32,189 bases of DNA, from positions 1 through 32,189 of the IMG/VR virus record IMGVR_UViG_3300049142_000054; one strand, written 5' to 3'. Positions 17,468 to 23,467 of the stretch are shown in pieces. Origin of the DNA: a virus (Duplodnaviria > Caudoviricetes). The notes under the pieces were generated by a model. It saw only the letters and a program-made list of their open reading frames with translations, was not told the DNA's origin and did no database searches. The position numbers were made by a program, and so were the translations under genes. How positions within the stretch are numbered: position 1 is the stretch's first letter; every line of letters starts with the position of its first letter.

Positions 17468-17517
17468 CGAATATTCGAGAATCACCGTGCCCGCTGATTC
17501 TCCGGTCTCCCTACCGT
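17468..17517 (+). promoter_or_regulatory. Operator-like palindromes and -10 element upstream of the 17525 gene
   Basis: CGAATATTCG (17468-17477), GAGAATCA-N10-TGATTCTC (17477-17502), TACCGT (17512-17517) 7 nt before ATG 17525. Confidence 0.6.
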
Positions 17518-17524
17518 GCTGGTC

Positions 17525-17989
17525 ATGGCCTTACCGATGCGACTCGCTGAGCTGTACGAGGCCGGGGACGCGTGGCTCGCCGACTGCTCCGCGCACCCGG
17601 ACCTCGTACGCCAGGCATGGGAGTTCGACGCCCTCGCCCCGATACGGTCCGGCGCCCGCTGGCTCGCCGCCGAATCGTGGCTCGTCACCGGCATGCAGGC
17701 CCTCAGCCGCATCCGCGAGGAGCACCGCGGCCCCGTGCTCGCCGATCCTCTCCTTGACCGGGCGTGGTGGCTCGTGCCCCTCGATGCCGCCGAGGAACTG
17801 GCAGATGTACGCCCTATAGCGGTGCGCCCGGCCGGCACGGTGCTGCGCTGCCCGCCCACCGGCTGGCAGGCGTGCGGACGCTTCTGGCTGCACCGGCCCG
17901 ACGGCTCCGGCCAACTCATCGATCCTGCCGTTCTCGCCGCCGCGCTCGGACCCGGCGGCCACCGACTCTCCACGGAGGCGCGAGCATGA
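17525..17989 (+). CDS. Degenerate prim-pol (AEP)-like Streptomyces protein, TTA at codon 3 (154 aa)
   Basis: WLA...P...W, GPVLAD...AWWLVP, GTVLRCPP, WLHRPDGSGQLIDP..LAAAL motifs; ATG GCC TTA at 17525-17533; start uncertain (17516, 17525 or 17537). Confidence 0.7.
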   Translation: MALPMRLAELYEAGDAWLADCSAHPDLVRQAWEFDALAPIRSGARWLAAESWLVTGMQALSRIREEHRGPVLADPLLDRAWWLVPLDAAEELADVRPIAVRPAGTVLRCPPTGWQACGRFWLHRPDGSGQLIDPAVLAAALGPGGHRLSTEARA

Positions 17990-18390
17990 CGACCAAGACC
18001 CGGGAACTGGTCACTGCCAGCGAGCCCGACCTGAGCAAGCTCGGCGAGCAGATCATCCGCGCCGCTGAGACGGTCGGCGACCGCGCGGCGGCGCAGGCCC
18101 TCGTCGAGGAAGGGAGCATCTTCGCCCGCCAGAACGTGCGTTCCGCTCTGATCGTTGACAGCAAGAAGGGCGCACAGGCTTGGTGGGAGGGCCTGTCCGG
18201 GCGGCAGTACAGCCTCGGCCTGGACGAGAACCAGCGGCGCTTCCTCGGCCTGGTGCTGTCGCTGGTGGGCATCGGGCACGTCACCATCGCAGCCGTGCGC
18301 GGCCTCGACGAGCGGCGCCTGCGCATCATCCTGCGGGCCATCCTGCAGCTCGCGGAGAACGACAGCCTCGCAGTCGGTACCCGCGTCTGA
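17986..18390 (+). CDS. Hypothetical helical protein (134 aa)
   Basis: GGAGG RBS; ATGA overlap with the upstream gene; 3' part of the 17764..18390 ORF. Confidence 0.75.
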   Translation: MTTKTRELVTASEPDLSKLGEQIIRAAETVGDRAAAQALVEEGSIFARQNVRSALIVDSKKGAQAWWEGLSGRQYSLGLDENQRRFLGLVLSLVGIGHVTIAAVRGLDERRLRIILRAILQLAENDSLAVGTRV

Positions 18391-18419
18391 CTTCGCAGCC
18401 ACGCCAGCGGCTGCGAGGA

Positions 18420-18462
18420 GCTGAGCGGCCGTCCCCGTCCCCCGCGGGGACGGCCGCTCAGC
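18420..18462. terminator. Bidirectional terminator between convergent genes
   Basis: 18-bp perfect inverted repeat GCTGAGCGGCCGTCCCCG-N7-CGGGGACGGCCGCTCAGC. Confidence 0.85.
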
Positions 18463-18685
18463 GAACGAGCTCAGCGAGCGGTACGTCGAGGGCGCGGGCG
18501 ATACGGATCAGGTGCACGTACTTGATCCCGGACCCAGCCTCGACACGTTGGAGCGTCGACCGTCCGAGGCCGGCGCGGTCGGCGAGTTTCTCCTGAGTGA
18601 GATTGGCGTGCTCGCGCACCTCGCGGATGCGGTCGCCCTGCTGCTGGCAGGCGAGGCGGATCCATTCGGGCTGGTCGTCGGGCAC
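18458..18685 (-). CDS. Small XRE-family HTH regulator (75 aa)
   Basis: GDRIREVREHANLTQEKLADRAGLGRSTLQRVEAG...IARALDVPLAELV; GTG 18685 preferred over 18724 because CAGCGT lies 6 nt upstream. Confidence 0.88.
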   Translation of the reverse strand: MPDDQPEWIRLACQQQGDRIREVREHANLTQEKLADRAGLGRSTLQRVEAGSGIKYVHLIRIARALDVPLAELVR

Positions 18686-19050
18686 CCGTCCACGCTGGTT
18701 CCCCAGGTGATCACCTGTCAGCACCAGAAGTGACGCATTCTTTGATCATGACGCTGAAGGAAGCGGAGCAGTAGGCCAAGACCCCCGCCGACGGCCGACG
18801 CGCTGACGCGCCGCCGACGGGTGAGACCCGCTGACGGTGGAACAGGGGCAGGCGGTGCCCCGGAGAGGCCACCGGAAGCGGGAGGGTGGCCGTCCCCCGT
18901 GGGGCGGCCACCCACTCCCTTGCACGCAGGGCGGAGTCGAACGGCCCCCAGCTAGGACTTTGGTCCGGCTGGGGGCCACTCTGCGTTTTCCCTGACTCTC
19001 GGGCCAGCGACGGGCCAGCAAACGATCATGAGGCTTACCCAAAACGGACA

Positions 19051-19085
19051 GGACCCCAGCTCATTCCTGCTCTGAGCTGGGGTCC
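19051..19085 (-). terminator. Hairpin just downstream of the tRNA-derived core
   Basis: GGACCCCAGCTCA-N9-TGAGCTGGGGTCC; placed to terminate the reconstituted tRNA after integration. Confidence 0.75.
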
Positions 19086-19090
19086 AGTAG

Positions 19091-19135
19091 GTAGGCCCTG
19101 TGGGACTCGAACCCACAACCAATGGATTAAAAGTC
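19091..19135 (-). tRNA. 3' half of tRNA-Lys(UUU): att core, not a functional tRNA
   Basis: Minus strand GACTTTTAATCCATTGGTTGTGGGTTCGAGTCCCACAGGGCCTAC: anticodon loop CTTTTAA, T arm GTGGG-TTCGAGT-CCCAC, 3' acceptor strand; no D arm or 5' acceptor strand. Confidence 0.9.
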
Positions 19136-19306
19136 TGATGAGCCCCCATGGCAGCGCACCCCGCTGAATTCAGCTCACCCCATTGCACCCCAAGGAGTGC
19201 AGCTCAGCGGCCATTCGCTGTCGTGCCCGGCTCGCCCTTCACCCCGTCTCACCCCACCGCGTATCGCCGTCTTGCGTGGCGTTCGGGCCAGCACGGGGCC
19301 AGCAAG

Positions 19307-19338
19307 AAGGGCCCCTGACCCGCAGGTCAGAGGCCCTT
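19307..19338 (-). terminator. Hairpin downstream of integrase
   Basis: AAGGGCCCCTGACC-CGCA-GGTCAGAGGCCCTT (one mismatch). Confidence 0.65.
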
Positions 19339-19376
19339 TGCCTGTCCCTCGATTCTACGCCCAGGCCTAGCCGTTG

Positions 19377-21014
19377 TCAGTGCTGGCCCGTACTGTCGGG
19401 GTCATCCATATCAGCGTCTGCTGGCTGCGTCGCTGAGCCCGGCCCCTGCTCCGGTACAGCGCCCGGTGCAGGGGCCGCTCCACGCCCGCGCCGAGCGCGC
19501 GGCACGGCGGCCGCCGCACGCTCAGTCAGGTCCTGCTCGTACTCCTGGAACAGGCTCATATACGTGTCGGCGGTCAGCACGATCGTGGAGTGCCGCAGCT
19601 TCTTGCTGGCGTCGTCGATGTCCCCCCCGCCCGCCTTCACCAGCGCGGCCGCACCGTGCCGCAGGTCGCGCAGGTTGATGGGCGGAAGGTCGGCGGCCTC
19701 GACCAGCCGCTTGAATTCCTTGCTCACGATGTCGGGGTGCAGCCAGCTGCCGTCCTCCGTGGTGAAGACCTTGCCGGTGTCCGTCCACGTCTTGCCGGCA
19801 GCCAGGCGCGCGTCGCGTTCGGCGTCCTGGCGGGCACGATGCTCTCGCAGCACGGACACGGTCTCCCGGTCGAGCATCACCGCCGACATGGACGAGTCCG
19901 TCTTGGGGGCCGTCTCGATGGGTGTCCAGCCGTCCACCACGATCTCCGTCAGGACATCGATCCGCGGCGGGTTGATGTCCAAGTGAACGTTCCCCCAGTC
20001 CGCTCCTACGCCCTCGCCGCGGCGCAGGCCGTGATGCGCGACCAGGTGGAAGAAGGCATAAAGCCGGGAGGTCTCGGCCTCGTCCAGGAAAGCTCCCAGC
20101 TGCTCGGGAGTCCACACCATGACCGGGCTGGGAACCGCTCCGGTCTCACGCCATCGGGCGATGCGCTCGGCCGTCCACAGGAGTCCCTTGGGGCGCGCGC
20201 TGGATCCCAGCTCAACATGCGCGGCCGCGTTGAAGGTGATGAGCTGCTGGGCGATGGCCGCATTCAGCGCCGTGCGCAGGGTGCGGCGGATCGCGTGTCG
20301 CGTGGCCGGCCCGTTCGCCTTCCGGTACGGCTTCATCTCGGCCAACTTGGCGCGCTCGGCGGCCAGGCGCTCACGCTCCTTGGCCGGCGGCCTTCCCGGC
20401 CTGGTCCACTTCGCCCGCGATTCCTGCTCGCGCCGTGCCTCATTCTCGGCGCGGATCACGTCGGATGCGTCGGCGATCGCGTCGAACATCTCCTGCACGT
20501 GCCCGACGTTCAGCCGGTCGAGACGGTAGTGCCCGATGCGCGGCTTCAGGTGGACCTTGATGTGGGAGCGGTAGCCCGCGTTCGTCGTAGTGCGCGTCTT
20601 CTTGGCGGCCATCCACCGGTCGAGCCATTCGGCCACCGTGGTTGTGCCATCGAGCGGCACACCAACGCCGAGGCGCCTCTGCACCTCGGAAGCCTGGGGG
20701 ATGTCTGCGCGGCGCCGGGAGATGTCGGCGAGTAGATCTCCCACACGCTGCTGTTCAGTTGGGTCATCACCGGGGAGGTCGAGGATGGCCTGCAGGCGGG
20801 AGAGGTCGCCTTGGGCCTCCGTGACTTGCTTGTACCCGGTACGCCGGAAGGTCCGGCGCTTCCCCTCGGCGTCCGGCGGCAACTCCTGGCGGAGCGCGAC
20901 GGCACCGTGGGACTTCTTCTTCAGCTGCGGGCAGGCGTTGCCCAGCAGCCTGCCGTCACCTCCGCGGCACTCGCATCGGCGGTAGATGCTTCCTGCGCGG
21001 CGCGCTGACGGCAT
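19377..21014 (-). CDS. int: Tyrosine integrase
   Basis: 545 aa; GLRRGE (R), PKT (K), RDLRH, LRH, ADTY (Y) catalytic motifs; N-terminal RRCEC...C arm-binding region; adjacent to att core. Confidence 0.95.
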   Translation of the reverse strand: MPSARRAGSIYRRCECRGGDGRLLGNACPQLKKKSHGAVALRQELPPDAEGKRRTFRRTGYKQVTEAQGDLSRLQAILDLPGDDPTEQQRVGDLLADISRRRADIPQASEVQRRLGVGVPLDGTTTVAEWLDRWMAAKKTRTTTNAGYRSHIKVHLKPRIGHYRLDRLNVGHVQEMFDAIADASDVIRAENEARREQESRAKWTRPGRPPAKERERLAAERAKLAEMKPYRKANGPATRHAIRRTLRTALNAAIAQQLITFNAAAHVELGSSARPKGLLWTAERIARWRETGAVPSPVMVWTPEQLGAFLDEAETSRLYAFFHLVAHHGLRRGEGVGADWGNVHLDINPPRIDVLTEIVVDGWTPIETAPKTDSSMSAVMLDRETVSVLREHRARQDAERDARLAAGKTWTDTGKVFTTEDGSWLHPDIVSKEFKRLVEAADLPPINLRDLRHGAAALVKAGGGDIDDASKKLRHSTIVLTADTYMSLFQEYEQDLTERAAAAVPRARRGRGAAPAPGAVPEQGPGSATQPADADMDDPDSTGQH

Positions 21015-21019
21015 GGGGG

Positions 21020-21256
21020 CTACTCCTCTCGCTCAGGGGGCTTGTGCTCGTCCCCAACGTCCAGACGGACCAGTCCTACCCCCACCAGAAAGTCTGCCGT
21101 CTCGTTGAGCTTGTCGAGCATCGGCTGATCCATCCCACTGTTGGGGCGCACGGCGACCGCCAACCCGTGCTTGCACTTGATGGGCATCAGGATTTCGCCA
21201 TCAGGCAGGTCCTCGCTGAAGAAGTACCAGGCTCGTGGGCGGCGCGGTGACTCCAT
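21020..21256 (-). CDS. Hypothetical protein between repressor and integrase (78 aa)
   Basis: GGGGGAG RBS on the minus strand; ends 5 nt before the integrase start. Confidence 0.75.
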   Translation of the reverse strand: MESPRRPRAWYFFSEDLPDGEILMPIKCKHGLAVAVRPNSGMDQPMLDKLNETADFLVGVGLVRLDVGDEHKPPEREE

Positions 21257-21423
21257 GCAGTCTCCCCCATCTCCCGCTCATGCGTTCGAATTTCGACTGG
21301 GACCAGCACCCTTCTGTCCAAAGGTGTGCGCACATGATCGCACCATGAGCCACAGGGGTCTACAGCCAGCAGCGGGCCGCTACTGGCTGTAATGTCAAGG
21401 GGAGGGGTCAGAAGGGGCTTGAT

Positions 21424-21852
21424 TTAGTCGCTGCCGTCGCCCGGTGGCACCAGCGTGTCGATGAGCCGCAGCAGCCTCTCCCTCTGATCGGCGGGGAGTT
21501 GGTCGAGTTTGTGCACGTATGCCTTGGCTTCCGACGACCCACTGACTAGCGGATCCACTCCATGGAACTGACTGCCGGCCGCATCCTGGAGCGTTTCCAC
21601 GGGCAGCTCACAGGCCGCCGCGAGTGCACAGAGTTCCTCATAAACCGGGGGGGTGACCGGTTCTCCCTGCTCCAGGCGGTAGACGTACCCGCGCGTCACG
21701 TGCGTCCCCGTGACTGGATCAACAGCCCGTTCGGCGAATGCCTTGAGGCCGATGTTCAGCTCCGCGCGGCGACTCCGGATGAGGTCCGCGAACTGGGTCC
21801 GCTGTTCAGGCCTGCGCACGTCTTCGCGCGGCTGAGGATCATTTGAGGCCAT
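21424..21852 (-). CDS. Immunity repressor, XRE family (CI-like)
   Basis: FADLIRSRRAELNIGLKAFAERA...VTRGYVYRLEQG...LAAACELPVETLQ; divergent from a Cro-like gene; same strand as integrase. Confidence 0.85.
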   Translation of the reverse strand: MASNDPQPREDVRRPEQRTQFADLIRSRRAELNIGLKAFAERAVDPVTGTHVTRGYVYRLEQGEPVTPPVYEELCALAAACELPVETLQDAAGSQFHGVDPLVSGSSEAKAYVHKLDQLPADQRERLLRLIDTLVPPGDGSD

Positions 21853-21957
21853 GGGGTAATCCTGCCATTCCTTGGTCAGAGGTCCTTACGTCCCGTTCAG
21901 GGGCTGCGCCGCCCATTGAGACGTACGGGCAGGTCGGTCGGGGCATTCATCACGCTC

Positions 21958-22121
21958 GCTGAACGGATTGTTCAGCACGTTGGACGATCCCGCCAGAGCG
22001 CTCTGAAACTTTGACCCATAAGTTATGCAACCCTAAGTTGTGTCACGTGCGCTGGACAAAATGTTCAGCTCGTGTGATGCTCCGTTCATCGCTGTCCCAC
22101 TCACGGGACAAAGTGTCCAGC
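21958..22121. promoter_or_regulatory. Lysis/lysogeny operators GCTGRAC-N5-GTYCAGC and rightward promoter
   Basis: Copies at 21958-21976, 22051-22069 and 22103-22121; TGGACA-N17-GATGCT (22053-22081) overlaps the second. Confidence 0.75.
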
Positions 22122-22130
22122 GAGGTGAAC

Positions 22131-22421
22131 GTGAGCGAATCTCCACCCACGATGTACGCGGTCGCCAGCGGCGACCGACTGAAGACGCTCATGGAGCGCA
22201 CCGGCTCGGGTGAACCCATCAAGAGCCGCGAACTGGCCGCCAAGGCGGGCGTCGCCCACGGAACCATCGGCGCCCTCATGTCCGGCGCGCAGCGCTTCGT
22301 ACCGGAGGACAAGGCCAAGGCCATCACCGCCGCCCTCGGCGTGGAACTGGGCGTCCTGTTCGACCGTGCCGAGCGGGTCGGCCGCACGTTCGTCCCCGTC
22401 CAGAGGGAGGCGACGTCATGA
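22131..22421 (+). CDS. Cro-like XRE HTH protein (96 aa)
   Basis: GAGG RBS, GTG 22131; SRELAAKAGVAHGTIGALMSG...ITAALGVELGVLF. Confidence 0.85.
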   Translation: MSESPPTMYAVASGDRLKTLMERTGSGEPIKSRELAAKAGVAHGTIGALMSGAQRFVPEDKAKAITAALGVELGVLFDRAERVGRTFVPVQREATS

Positions 22422-22741
22422 CCACCAAGGTCGAGCCGCTGACGCCGGAGCAGGTCCTGGGACTTCCGGCCATGCCCCCCGTGAAGCAGGCGTTCGCCGC
22501 CCTGAACATCAGCGAGGGGACCGGCTACCTGCTCATCCGCGAAGACAAGTTCCCCATCGAGGTCCTCGAATTCGGCCGCGCCAAGCGCGTGCGGAAGGTC
22601 GACCTGGTCGCCTTCCTCGGCCTCTCCCCGCTCGCTGCTGCCGAGGTCCAGTCGGCAGCAGCCACCACCAACGACGACGCCCCCGGGGTCCAGCCGGGAG
22701 CGCCGTCCGAGCAGTCCGAACCCACCCGCGCCAGCAAGTAG
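22418..22741 (+). CDS. Excisionase-like HTH protein
   Basis: VKQAFAALNISEGTGYLLIREDKFPIEVLEFGRAKRVRKVDLVAFL, MerR-like/HTH_17 pattern; GGGAGG RBS. Confidence 0.8.
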   Translation: MTTKVEPLTPEQVLGLPAMPPVKQAFAALNISEGTGYLLIREDKFPIEVLEFGRAKRVRKVDLVAFLGLSPLAAAEVQSAAATTNDDAPGVQPGAPSEQSEPTRASK

Positions 22742-22757
22742 AGAACGGGGTCCGCTC

Positions 22758-23240
22758 ATGGCTGAGCTTCCCACGGTCGCATCGGCGACCACCACGCCCG
22801 AGGCCGCCCGCGCCCTTGCCGGTATCGAGGCCGCCAAGCTGCTCGCGGACAAGGACGTCACCGAGTGCCTCGACGCCATCGGTGACCTCATCCGAATCAC
22901 CGGGGCCCCGGACGCCATCTTTACCTGGGTCCGCCGCCTCTTCGCCCGCGAGAACCTCAGGCAGTACGCCGCACAGCAGCACCTCAAGCTGCACGAGTCC
23001 CGCGCCGCTGACGAGGAGCAGCTGAACCGCACGGTCGTCATCTGGACCGTCGGCGGTGAAGGGCTCGCCATTGTGCCCGCAGGGCAGGACCCTGCCACCT
23101 CTCTCCTTCAGCTGCGCCAGGAGATCGCCCAGCGCGCGGAAGACCAGCAGCGCGCCGTGGACTTCCAGGCATCTGTCGCGGCCGGGCTCGTCGAGGACGC
23201 CGACACCTGGAACGCACGCACCACACAGGCAAAGAAGTGA
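22758..23240 (+). CDS. Hypothetical early protein (160 aa)
   Basis: Fills the operon; overlaps next gene (GTGA). Confidence 0.75.
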   Translation: MAELPTVASATTTPEAARALAGIEAAKLLADKDVTECLDAIGDLIRITGAPDAIFTWVRRLFARENLRQYAAQQHLKLHESRAADEEQLNRTVVIWTVGGEGLAIVPAGQDPATSLLQLRQEIAQRAEDQQRAVDFQASVAAGLVEDADTWNARTTQAKK

Positions 23241-23467
23241 CTGCCCCTACGGCGCAGGCCCGGGACACCCCCGGCCGTACGCCCACCCCCCAGCAGATCA
23301 ACGGCCTGCTCGTCATCGACGCGAAGAACATCCGCGCTCACTACGAGTGCTACCGCCCGGGGTGTCTGAAGCCCCGTGAAGAACCGGTCAAGCCCTCCGC
23401 CATCAGGGCGTTCATCGACGGGATTAAGGCCCGCCACCTGAGCCAGTACCACGGGGAGAAGCGTTGA
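23237..23467 (+). CDS. Small protein with possible C2H2-type zinc site (76 aa)
   Basis: YECYRPGC...RHLSQYH; coupled at both ends by 4-nt overlaps. Confidence 0.7.
   Translation: MTAPTAQARDTPGRTPTPQQINGLLVIDAKNIRAHYECYRPGCLKPREEPVKPSAIRAFIDGIKARHLSQYHGEKR

Larger units (their letters stand above)
19000..19390. mobile_element. attP with arm-type integrase sites
   Basis: (C/G)GGGCCAGC(A/G) pairs at 19000/19011 and 19284/19295 (11-bp spacing) on both sides of the core, plus an inverted copy at 19381-19390. Confidence 0.8.

Noticed and set aside
19091-19170. Complete tRNA-Lys gene
   Set aside because: Anticodon stem pairs for only 2 bp and the D arm and 5' acceptor strand are absent; it is an att core.
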